From Candidatus Poribacteria bacterium (GTDB lineage: Bacteria; Poribacteria; WGA-4E; PCPOR2b), in assembly GCA_965208425.1 (NCBI GenBank), contig OZ242335.1, positions 2,119,181 through 2,183,180 on the forward strand: a stretch of DNA of 64,000 nt, written 5' to 3'. The notes below the pieces were generated by a model that had not been told where the DNA came from, ran no database searches, and was given only the letters and a program-made list of their open reading frames with translations. Positions 19,578-27,979 of this stretch are shown in pieces. Position 1 is the first letter of the stretch, and the number at the start of each line of letters is the position of its first letter. The position numbers and the translations under genes were made by a program.

Positions 19578-20567
19578 ATGGAAAAGCGAACAGTCGGCAA
19601 ATCCGGCATTGAGATCTCTGTAATGGGAATCGGCGGCTGGTCCTATGGCGGCGGAGACTACTGGGGTCCCCAAGCGCAAGAGGACGTTGATGCTGTGGCA
19701 CACGCTGCGCTCGACAACGGCATCAACTTCTTTGACACCGCAGAAGGCTACAACGAGGGACGGAGCGAAGAAGCGGTCGGTAGAGCCTTAAAAGGGCGGC
19801 GAGATGAAGCGGTGATCGCCACCAAGATCAGTCCGAACAATACCGAACCCACAGTGCTACGCGAACATTGCGGAGCCAGTCTCGATCGACTGCAAACGGA
19901 TTACATCGATATCTATATCGTTCATTGGCCCATCACAGAACACTCCGTTGAGGATGCGTTTACAACCCTGAACGCATTGAAGGAGGAGGGCAAAATCCGC
20001 TCGATCGGTGTCAGCAACTTTGGTGTAGAGCAACTGTCCGAAGCCCTTGCCACCGGCGTTCAGATCGATGTGAACCAGCTCTGCTACAATCTCCTGTCAC
20101 GGGGGATTGAGTTGGAGATTTTACCGTTATGCCAAAAACACGGGATGGGTATTCTGGGATATATGCCGCTGCTGCAAGGGCTCCTGACCGGTATGTATAA
20201 AACAGCGGAGGAGCTACCACCTGTCCATGCGCGGTTCCGGCATTTCCGTGGTGATCGAGAAAAGGCAGGTCATGGTGAGCAAGGAGCGGAGGAGGAGATG
20301 TTCGCTGCCGTCGAAGGTATCAGAAAAGTTGCCGAGGCAGAGGGGGTTCCCATGAGTCGGCTTGCAATCGCTTGGACCATTGCAAAGCCCGGCATCACCT
20401 GTGAGTTGGTCGGCACCCGCAATCTATCGGAGCTCCAAGAAAATCTACACGTTGCATCGCTCTCTCTTTCTTCTGAGACTATCGCAAAATTGGATGAGAT
20501 AACAACGCCGCTGCTTCAGAAGCTCGGTGCAAATGTGGATTACTTCCTAGCGCGGCGGACTCATTAA
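19578..20567 (+). CDS. aldo/keto reductase family oxidoreductase
   Basis: A 329-aa ORF. The N-terminus MEKRTVGKSGIEISVMGIGGWSYGG, plus DTAEGYNEGRSEE and IDIYIVHWP, are canonical AKR motifs. Confidence 0.88.
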   Translation: MEKRTVGKSGIEISVMGIGGWSYGGGDYWGPQAQEDVDAVAHAALDNGINFFDTAEGYNEGRSEEAVGRALKGRRDEAVIATKISPNNTEPTVLREHCGASLDRLQTDYIDIYIVHWPITEHSVEDAFTTLNALKEEGKIRSIGVSNFGVEQLSEALATGVQIDVNQLCYNLLSRGIELEILPLCQKHGMGILGYMPLLQGLLTGMYKTAEELPPVHARFRHFRGDREKAGHGEQGAEEEMFAAVEGIRKVAEAEGVPMSRLAIAWTIAKPGITCELVGTRNLSELQENLHVASLSLSSETIAKLDEITTPLLQKLGANVDYFLARRTH

Positions 20568-20679
20568 TCCCGCTGCCCATGCCATCAATTTTACTAGCTT
20601 TTTGATTGATATTGCTATATGTTTTCCAACCTCTTCCCAACTAACGCACCTTGAACTATGAACTACCCTCAATTAACTT

Positions 20680-20955
20680 ATGCTGTTTGAATGGGACGAG
20701 CACAAAAATCAAGCGAATATAGCAAAACATGGTATCGATTTTAATGATGCCAAGAACGTATTCCTCGATCCCCATCGTATTGAGCGAGTTGATAATCGCC
20801 AAGACTATGGTGAAATTCGTTTTCAAACAATTGGCATGGTTGGAGGAAGGTTACTATTTGTTGCTTATACCTATCGGGCTGAAAACACAAGAATCATTTC
20901 AGCAAGGAGAGCAGAACGTCATGAGACAAGAAAATATCACGAAAGTTACGCTTGA
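20680..20955 (+). CDS. brnT: BrnT-family (DUF497) type II toxin, a ribonuclease toxin
   Basis: A 91-aa ORF. MLFEWDEHKNQANIAKHGIDFNDAKNVFLDPHRIE...RIISARRAERHE matches the BrnT/DUF497 signature. Confidence 0.75.
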   Translation: MLFEWDEHKNQANIAKHGIDFNDAKNVFLDPHRIERVDNRQDYGEIRFQTIGMVGGRLLFVAYTYRAENTRIISARRAERHETRKYHESYA

Positions 20956-21298
20956 CCCAAATAATCCATCAAAGGGAAAAACTGACTGGGAAGAGGTGGA
21001 CGCAATGACGGAGGAGGAGATCCGCGCTGCAGCATTGTCAGATCCAGACGCGCAACCTGTAACATCAGAAGGACTAGAAGAATTTAAGCCTGTTCCCGAT
21101 GCGAAGGCAATCCGTGAGGGGATGAACCTCACTCAGAAAGAGTTTGCCTCTCGCTTTCAACTTTCGCTAAGGACACTCCAAGATTGGGAGACAGGCCGAC
21201 TTGAGCCGGATCCAGCAGCTAAAGCATTGCTCCGAATTATCCTCCATAGTCCCGAACTAGTCGAGAAGGTCCTGAACGGAGAAAATCCTGCACACTAA
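20921..21298 (+). CDS. cognate antitoxin, BrnA-like with an XRE-type helix-turn-helix
   Basis: An internal ATG at 20921 is preceded by an AGGAGA RBS. The ORF overlaps the brnT 3' end by 35 nt. The protein is MRQENITKVTLDPNNPSKGKTDWEEVDAMTEEEIRAAALSDPDAQP...MNLTQKEFASRFQLSLRTLQDWETGRLEPDPAAKALLRII, which reads as an HTH_XRE. The 189-aa frame in the ORF track (20729-21298) is probably an over-extension. Confidence 0.65.
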   Translation: MRQENITKVTLDPNNPSKGKTDWEEVDAMTEEEIRAAALSDPDAQPVTSEGLEEFKPVPDAKAIREGMNLTQKEFASRFQLSLRTLQDWETGRLEPDPAAKALLRIILHSPELVEKVLNGENPAH

Positions 21299-21581
21299 CG
21301 GGACCGGATACTTATACTTTTTAGTAATAACCAATGGTGCTAGTTTGCAGCTGTTGATAACGTGATACGTGAAAAGCATTGGTTCATCGCTTCATTTAGC
21401 CCCAGCGGGGCGACATGTGTATAGCACACAGATAAACAAATACTCTAAAGCCCCAGCGGGGCGACATGTGTATCCGAAGGGTGGCACGCAAGAAGAATGG
21501 ATGAACTCTTGAACAATGTGGAAGCGATTTTCTCACTAGCTAGCATCAAAGGTTAATAAACGTTTTCAAAGGATTACAAAA

Positions 21582-23132
21582 ATGACACCAGACCACGATG
21601 TCATAATTATCGGCGGCGGACATAACGGCTTAGTTACCGCGGGGTATCTAGCGGAGGCGGGGTTAGATGTCCTGCTATTGGAGCGTCGTGATTTCCTCGG
21701 CGGCGCATGTGTGACCGAAGAACTGTTCCCCGGCTACCGATTTTCCGCCTGCTCCTATATCTGCCATCTGTTACAGAACAAAGTCATCGAAGAACTAGAG
21801 CTGCGCAAGCACGGCTTTGAAGTCTATCACCTCGATCCCTCACGCTTCCAGCCGTATCCCGACGGTTCACGGTTACTCGTCTGGGATGATGTGGAGCGCA
21901 CCCAAGAAGAGATCTCTCGCTTCTCCCGCCGCGATGCAGAAAACTTTCCAAAATGGTTAGACTTTTGGAAACGCGCAGCAAGCATTATCTACCCATACTT
22001 TCTGACAACACCGCCAACGATCAGCGAAATCGCCGAACGGTTACGCGGCACCGATGACGAGATGTTTTTTGACCGGCTGCTCACCGTAAGCGTGAAAGAC
22101 GTACTGACCGAGTGCTTTGAATCAGAGACGATGCAGGGCGCGTATGCCCAAGCCCAAGACGCCGGCGACCTCAACGCGCCGGGGAGCGCGTGGGCTTACA
22201 CCTTCATCAAATGTGGTGCCTTTACAAAACCCGAAAATAACGGCATCGTCAAGGGTGGGATGGGAGGCATCACACAGGCGATGGCTGCGTCCGCACGGGC
22301 GCGCGGAGCAACGCTACAGACCGATGCCACAATCGACCACATCATCGTTGAGAACGGAACAGCCTGTGGTGTCGCCCTTGCAGACGGTACAGAGATCCGT
22401 AGCCGCATCGTTGTCTCAAACGCCGACCCCAAACGCACCTTCCTCAAACTCGTTCCGTGTGAACATCTCAATCCCAACTTTGTGGAAAGCACAACGCGGT
22501 TGAAAACGAACGCCGCTTATCTCAAATTCCACGCCGCGCTCAACGACCTCCCCGACTTCTCTGCGTACTTCAACGGAGACTTCGATCCACGCTACCTGTC
22601 GGAGATCAAGATCTGCCCGTCCATCGAATACTATGAGCAGAGTTGGGAGGACACCAAACGTGGTGATCCATCAAGGGCGCCTGTGATGGAGGTACAAATC
22701 CCGTCCGTCTACGATCCAACGATGGCACCGGCGGGACACCATGTCATGTCGATCTGGGTGCTTTACGCCCCCGTCCATCTGCGGGAGGGAACGTGGGATG
22801 AACGTCGGCAGGAGGTCGGTGAAGCGCTTATCGATACGGTCTCTACCTACGCACCGAATCTGCGGGATATTATTGTGGACTGGTCGCTATTTACACCCAT
22901 TGACTTGGAACGGCGGGTCGGTCTCACCGACGGAAATATCCGTCACCTCGATATCGTTGCGAGCCAATTCCTCGCCCAACGTCCGCTCGGCGGTTGGGCG
23001 CACTACCGCACACCTATCACCAATCTCTACCTCTGCGGCGCAGGCACACACCCCGGCGGCGAGGTAACTGGCGCACCAGGACATAACGCCGCCGCTGTTA
23101 TTCTCTCGGATTGGTCAAACGCGGGGAATTGA
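21582..23132 (+). CDS. FAD/NAD(P)-binding oxidoreductase, phytoene desaturase (CrtI)/amine-oxidase superfamily (COG1233-like)
   Basis: A 516-aa ORF. It carries a DVIIIGGGHNGLVTAGYLAEAGLDVLLLERRDFLGG dinucleotide-binding motif. Its length and C-terminal region are typical of CrtI-related proteins. Confidence 0.8.
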   Translation: MTPDHDVIIIGGGHNGLVTAGYLAEAGLDVLLLERRDFLGGACVTEELFPGYRFSACSYICHLLQNKVIEELELRKHGFEVYHLDPSRFQPYPDGSRLLVWDDVERTQEEISRFSRRDAENFPKWLDFWKRAASIIYPYFLTTPPTISEIAERLRGTDDEMFFDRLLTVSVKDVLTECFESETMQGAYAQAQDAGDLNAPGSAWAYTFIKCGAFTKPENNGIVKGGMGGITQAMAASARARGATLQTDATIDHIIVENGTACGVALADGTEIRSRIVVSNADPKRTFLKLVPCEHLNPNFVESTTRLKTNAAYLKFHAALNDLPDFSAYFNGDFDPRYLSEIKICPSIEYYEQSWEDTKRGDPSRAPVMEVQIPSVYDPTMAPAGHHVMSIWVLYAPVHLREGTWDERRQEVGEALIDTVSTYAPNLRDIIVDWSLFTPIDLERRVGLTDGNIRHLDIVASQFLAQRPLGGWAHYRTPITNLYLCGAGTHPGGEVTGAPGHNAAAVILSDWSNAGN

Positions 23133-23140
23133 GCTGGCCC

Positions 23141-24652
23141 TCACTCCAGCCAGAACGCATACAACTTTGCACCCCGCAATATGAAGCGAAGGCATACCGC
23201 CTTTTCGTTGACTAAACGGGGCGAATCTTTCCATCTTAATTTCCCGCGCAGATGATCTCCGTTGAGAGGGAGGCATTCACGCTCGGACAGTCCCGGAAGT
23301 GGCTGCATCGTCTCCGCATCCAGAATTTCAGCACGAAGTTCACCGCGTGGGACATCTGCGTTGACATACAGATCCGTTCCGTTTAGCATAAATCGTTCTG
23401 TGACAATCTCTCCTTCTCCTTCAGCATCGAGAGAAACGAACCCATCAAGCCTCAGTATTGACAAGTGCAGCGCACCCGCATCGTTAAAATATTCGGCATA
23501 GTCTTCGCTGTAGATGCTATGGTGACCACGAAAGCGGTGGGCATTGTGATAAATCCGTATCTCGCGGTTTTCGTGCACGATGGGACGACTACACACAGCA
23601 ACCTGAGCCGTGCCGTAATTTACCCCGTCCCACGGCTCAACCCCGATAAACACTTCCCGGTCTGCCACACGCTCCCAATTATACAGATTGCGAGACACCG
23701 CCAGTTCCACCTGATTGATACCACAATGGTTCATCTGTGGAAGGTCGGGACCAGCGGGATTAAACAGTAACGGGAAACCGATGTACATGCCTTCGTAAGG
23801 CATCAGCGGCATCATGTAGAGTTGAGCGATATAATCTGTATCTTCGAGGACAGGTGGTGTGAGATACGCAGGGTTTTCGACAACCTCCTGAATGCGACGC
23901 TTACGATTCTCTCTATCAATTTCGTCGGTATGCAGAGCCAGTTTCGGTTCGGTCCAGTTCGCAAAGTCGGCACTCGTTGAAACCCAAAGGGAACGTCCCC
24001 ATACTGTGCGCTGTTTCACAGTGGCGACATACTGATTACTAATTTCGTCATAGATGAAGTTTGAGGTGTCTTCGCTGGGAACGGGGGCCACATCGAGTAA
24101 GGTCCAACGGAAACCGTCCGGCGAAACGCCGGGCAAGCGTCCCATATTGCGCCCATCGCTGAAAAGTCCCTTATAGCGACGCTGCGGGTCACCGTCGCGT
24201 TCATCACGAATGACATGATAAAGGTGCTGCTCGATGATATCTGGTGGATTGTAGACCCCCCGACGGGTCAGGAACTCTAGCTTGGAGTCGTAGGCGATGT
24301 TATTGTTCTTCGATCCCTGCCGTTGGTAAAGTCCGAGCGAAGGTGTTTCCCAATGAACCCCGTCAGTTGATGTTGCGTAATGCTTACGACTGCTTTCCGC
24401 GGTGTCGCTTTGTCCGGGCGGAATGGCGTAGTGTGCGTCATACCACCATTCCCAGATCCCTTTTTCGGAGTTCCATTGCGGCGCGTTTCCGCTCTGGACA
24501 TACACCTGCTCACGAAAACGATCGGCTTTCAGAATTGGACCGTGTTTATCTGGCTGATGCAACGTCCGTTTCACGTTGGCCATGCTTGCTATGGCGTGAT
24601 CGTCGAGGAATAGTTGTTTGTGCTGCGCCGGATTGATTTGTGAGGGTGTCAT
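23141..24652 (-). CDS. hypothetical protein, probable glycoside-hydrolase-like beta-propeller/beta-sandwich enzyme
   Basis: A 503-aa ORF. The N-terminal LFLDDHAIASMANVKRTLHQP...PIL pattern is common in GH32/43/130-type propeller enzymes. I could not assign a family with confidence. Confidence 0.4.
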   Translation of the reverse strand: MTPSQINPAQHKQLFLDDHAIASMANVKRTLHQPDKHGPILKADRFREQVYVQSGNAPQWNSEKGIWEWWYDAHYAIPPGQSDTAESSRKHYATSTDGVHWETPSLGLYQRQGSKNNNIAYDSKLEFLTRRGVYNPPDIIEQHLYHVIRDERDGDPQRRYKGLFSDGRNMGRLPGVSPDGFRWTLLDVAPVPSEDTSNFIYDEISNQYVATVKQRTVWGRSLWVSTSADFANWTEPKLALHTDEIDRENRKRRIQEVVENPAYLTPPVLEDTDYIAQLYMMPLMPYEGMYIGFPLLFNPAGPDLPQMNHCGINQVELAVSRNLYNWERVADREVFIGVEPWDGVNYGTAQVAVCSRPIVHENREIRIYHNAHRFRGHHSIYSEDYAEYFNDAGALHLSILRLDGFVSLDAEGEGEIVTERFMLNGTDLYVNADVPRGELRAEILDAETMQPLPGLSERECLPLNGDHLRGKLRWKDSPRLVNEKAVCLRFILRGAKLYAFWLE

Positions 24653-24666
24653 GACATTAACTTTCC

Positions 24667-26469
24667 TTACCAGTAAGCGATCGCCTCAGCAATCTCACCG
24701 AGATGTGCCCCATTCCATGTAACATCCGCCACAATGGGAAGAGCGTGGGTGGTAAACTGTTTTGGGAACGTTGCCTTTACCTGATAGATGGTGTTCGTGT
24801 TTCCAGACACTCGGAGGTCTATCGTTGTCCGAGAAAGCTGCACACCATCAGCCGAACGGAAGCGAAGGGTGCATTCCCGCGCCTCCGCCTCATGATTGGT
24901 GATATTAATGTCGAACGTCACCGTGGCTCCGGGTTGGATACGAACCTTGTAAGGATAAAACTCCACCCAATGCGGGTCCATTCCCATATTAGGGTGCGGC
25001 TGATCGAGGATCTGCGTAAAGAGATCCGTCCACCGGTCCATCCAACCAACCCACCGCTCCGACTTCGCCCGATCGAACGCAATACACCCACCATGACCGG
25101 TAAAAAGATAATCTGGGTCGGCATTGAGAATCTGTTGGGGCATATCGCGGTAGCTCGAAACAGGCGTCCGGTTCTTGGGGATGAACGAGTGGATAAAGTC
25201 CCTGTTTTCCCGGAAGCAAAGCCCAGAGATATTGTCACCCACACTAAGGAATTTCTGTCCATCCACCGTGAACCAGATGAGGTGATGGTAAAAGGTCTGC
25301 CCCGGATGCTGCTCAACGAAAAAGTCAATCCCGCGCCACTGGAAAGCCTCTCCCCGTTCAACGACGTGGTGTACCGTCATCCCGTCCGGCACCGCACAAG
25401 GCATATCGTAATTTTCTGGCTGCTCTAGGATATCCTTGAGTTCAGGAGACGATACCACCTGCGTCCCGTAACGTGCTTGCAACATCGGGTAGCCGGCAAG
25501 ATGGTCGTCGTGGTAGTGGGTTGGCAGAAACCATTCGACGGTATGAATCCCCAACTCCGTTTCGAGATAGGGCGACAGATTGTCGATATAGCGGTGCGGA
25601 TTGGCGCTGATGGGTGCGTTGGAGGTGTAGCCGCAGTCGATAAAAAGCGCGTGTCCCTCATCGTCCCGGACAATGTAGGTGTTAGCCATGGAGTTCGTAA
25701 TTTCGTATACATGCTCCGTGATTTGACGAAATTCAGGGCGATAATATTCGTAGGATTGGGCGTGAAAAAGTTCATACAACTCCTCCAACGCCGCTTGCAA
25801 TTCAGAGAACGATTCCTCGGTCGGTTCAAACGGCTCGCCGTGCCCCGGCAAAATCAGATCTACGTCAAGCTCCGCGGCGGTCTTCAGGCTCTCCAGATGA
25901 TTGATATGCCCTTGGAAATCCATATAGTTCCACTGGCTCCAGAAATAGTCCCGAATTTTCCCGCTACCCGACATCAAGTCCCCACAGGCGAGTATCCGCT
26001 TCCCGTCTAGCTCGAAAAGATAACCCACCGCACCGAAGGTATGCCCCGGCAGCGGAATCACATCGAAACGAATCCCCTCCCATGACACGCTCTCGTAGTC
26101 GTAAGCGTACTCATCCGACTCAATATTCTCCAAAGCACCAAAGCAGGGATAGTAGGAGGTATAATTATCATAGATATCGTAGGACGCCTTGAGGAGGTCA
26201 GTCTCCTCAAAGAAACGCTGCTCCGCAAACGGTAAAACGACCTCTGCGCCGTCCCTTACCCAGTAGTCTGCAGCGGAACAGGTGTCCCGATGAAAGTGGG
26301 TAAGTAACATCTGATCGACCTCCTGAACACCGTTCGACTCAAGTGTCGTCGGAGATGTCCCGCAGTCAATCAGCAGTGTTTTACCATTTATAGTTATTCC
26401 ATACACGCTGCATGTGTCTTGGACGAAAAAGAGATGATCTGTCAGTTTTCTCATAATAAGCTGCCTCAC
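24667..26469 (-). CDS. MBL-fold metallo-hydrolase with two tandem metallo-beta-lactamase domains
   Basis: A 600-aa ORF. The first domain has LLIDCGTS...THFHRDTC...GHTFG...CGDL...PGHGEPF. The second has LFIDCGYTS...THYHDDHLAG...GHGGC. Confidence 0.8.
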   Translation of the reverse strand: MRQLIMRKLTDHLFFVQDTCSVYGITINGKTLLIDCGTSPTTLESNGVQEVDQMLLTHFHRDTCSAADYWVRDGAEVVLPFAEQRFFEETDLLKASYDIYDNYTSYYPCFGALENIESDEYAYDYESVSWEGIRFDVIPLPGHTFGAVGYLFELDGKRILACGDLMSGSGKIRDYFWSQWNYMDFQGHINHLESLKTAAELDVDLILPGHGEPFEPTEESFSELQAALEELYELFHAQSYEYYRPEFRQITEHVYEITNSMANTYIVRDDEGHALFIDCGYTSNAPISANPHRYIDNLSPYLETELGIHTVEWFLPTHYHDDHLAGYPMLQARYGTQVVSSPELKDILEQPENYDMPCAVPDGMTVHHVVERGEAFQWRGIDFFVEQHPGQTFYHHLIWFTVDGQKFLSVGDNISGLCFRENRDFIHSFIPKNRTPVSSYRDMPQQILNADPDYLFTGHGGCIAFDRAKSERWVGWMDRWTDLFTQILDQPHPNMGMDPHWVEFYPYKVRIQPGATVTFDINITNHEAEARECTLRFRSADGVQLSRTTIDLRVSGNTNTIYQVKATFPKQFTTHALPIVADVTWNGAHLGEIAEAIAYW

Positions 26470-26705
26470 TTACTTTTGATTTTGGATTATGTTAAGAAAT
26501 GGTGCAACAAAACCGGTTCGCTCATATAAAGAGGTCGTACAACACTTTCACGCCCCGTGTTTGGTAGGCGCTCCCCGATAAATCGGGATCGCAAGCAGAG
26601 TTTCCAACTGCGCCGATTTGCAGTGTCCAATTAATTCTAAAATCTACCATAATATTTTGTATTTCCATAGATTCGCGTTAATTCGCGGATGCTTTGCACC
26701 TCTCC

Positions 26706-27740
26706 TTACCTCTTCTCCATAAACGCCAGAACATCCATACATTCCCCGTTTCGACGCACCGACTCCCAACCTGCAAGCACCGGGGCTAAAGAGAAAAGCC
26801 CGTCGTGATAGTCGTTCAGCAAGAGGCTGGGGTTATTGGTGCGCACAGCTTCAATGAAAACGCGGTCCTGCTCAAACCACGGATCAAACTCATCCGCTTG
26901 ATAAACCGTTTCACCATCGACTTCGATCGAGTCGTAGCCGTAGACCGCCAGATGCCCGCCCTCGTAGAAGATTGTAAACCACGGTTCCGCCCGAAAATTG
27001 GGCGCAGCAGAAATAAAAGTCAACGTCATTGTCGCCCCGTTGGAGAAGCAGTAGTTGAACGAAGAGGTCAGCGGGTTGTGATAAGATGGGCGCTGGCAGT
27101 AGAACGCTTGCGCTCGCCCGACGTCTAAGCCTGTCATGAAACGTGAGTAGTCGGTCGCGTGGACACCCCAATCCAACGCCTGTCCGCCCGATTTGTCCAT
27201 ATCCGACCACCAAGAGTCCTTTTGCGATCCAGATGGGGGTTCAGGGAGTCCGCTAACACTCTGGAATCGGACGTGGACAATTTTCTGCCCTGTCAGACGT
27301 TTACGGGCTTCCTGAAAAATTGGACGATACCGTTCCCGAAAACAGACCGTGCTGATCACACCTGCATCCCGAATCGCATCGTTAATGCTGTGTGCAACCT
27401 CCATCGTCAGTGTCTGCGGTTTTTCACTGAAAATGTGAATCCCTTTTGTTGCGGCAGCTGCTTCGACATCTGTGCGTGCATACGCGGGGACGACCGAGTA
27501 AAGCGCGTCCATATCTTCGCTGTTCACCATCTCGTGTCCGTCAGCGTAGGTGTTAGAAATATTGAACGCTTCAGCCGTTGATTTAAGCGACTGTGGACTA
27601 CTATCACAGATCGCGACAATTTCAACGCCATCAAGTTTCAGCAGGTTCGGTATGTGAGTTCGATTTGCCCAAGACCCGCATCCATAAATGCCGATGCGAA
27701 TTTTGCTGTCCGTTGAAGCCATAAAAAGGGTATCCTCCAT
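26706..27740 (-). CDS. Gfo/Idh/MocA family NAD(P)-dependent oxidoreductase
   Basis: A 344-aa ORF with a KIRIGIYGCGSWANRTHIPNL Rossmann N-terminus. The start may instead be the second ATG at 27722 (MASTDSK), which lies downstream of GGAGGA. Confidence 0.82.
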   Translation of the reverse strand: MEDTLFMASTDSKIRIGIYGCGSWANRTHIPNLLKLDGVEIVAICDSSPQSLKSTAEAFNISNTYADGHEMVNSEDMDALYSVVPAYARTDVEAAAATKGIHIFSEKPQTLTMEVAHSINDAIRDAGVISTVCFRERYRPIFQEARKRLTGQKIVHVRFQSVSGLPEPPSGSQKDSWWSDMDKSGGQALDWGVHATDYSRFMTGLDVGRAQAFYCQRPSYHNPLTSSFNYCFSNGATMTLTFISAAPNFRAEPWFTIFYEGGHLAVYGYDSIEVDGETVYQADEFDPWFEQDRVFIEAVRTNNPSLLLNDYHDGLFSLAPVLAGWESVRRNGECMDVLAFMEKR

Positions 27741-27979
27741 TATGCCAATTCGATTGGGTTAACAATCCAAGTATACTCCATCTTCGTATTATGTTCAAGA
27801 GGGTTTATATATGCTGGAAATTCTCCCGTCTGCTCTTGGGGATTTTACTTGACTTTTCCTCACAAATTCCTTACACTTTGAACACTTGTAGTGCCGGAAT
27901 TTTAGTGCCTTCCAAAGGCGATCAAAAGGACAATTCATTCAACTAAAAATGTGCGAAAAACAATTAGCGAAGGAGAATA

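Noticed and set aside
20729-21298. 189-aa ORF from the track as the antitoxin
   Set aside because: Its first 64 codons overlap brnT out of frame and encode low-complexity sequence. An internal ATG at 20921 with an AGGAGA RBS gives a normal-sized antitoxin with an HTH.
21395-21475. Possible mini-CRISPR array formed by the CCCCAGCGGGGCGACATGTGTATAGCA repeats
   Set aside because: There are only 2-3 units per locus. The 'spacers' are about 22 bp and are conserved between distant loci (8462 versus 21398). The units are dispersed across more than 12 intergenic sites. No cas genes are present. This is REP/MITE behaviour.
22117-22503. Alternative-frame ORFs inside the CrtI-like, MBL-fold, FAD oxidoreductase and Gfo/Idh/MocA genes (for example 22117-22503, 24703-25428, 38004-38372, 42029-42427)
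   Set aside because: They are nested in high-confidence genes on other frames or strands. They are Arg/Pro/Ser-rich, as expected for GC-rich off-frame translation.
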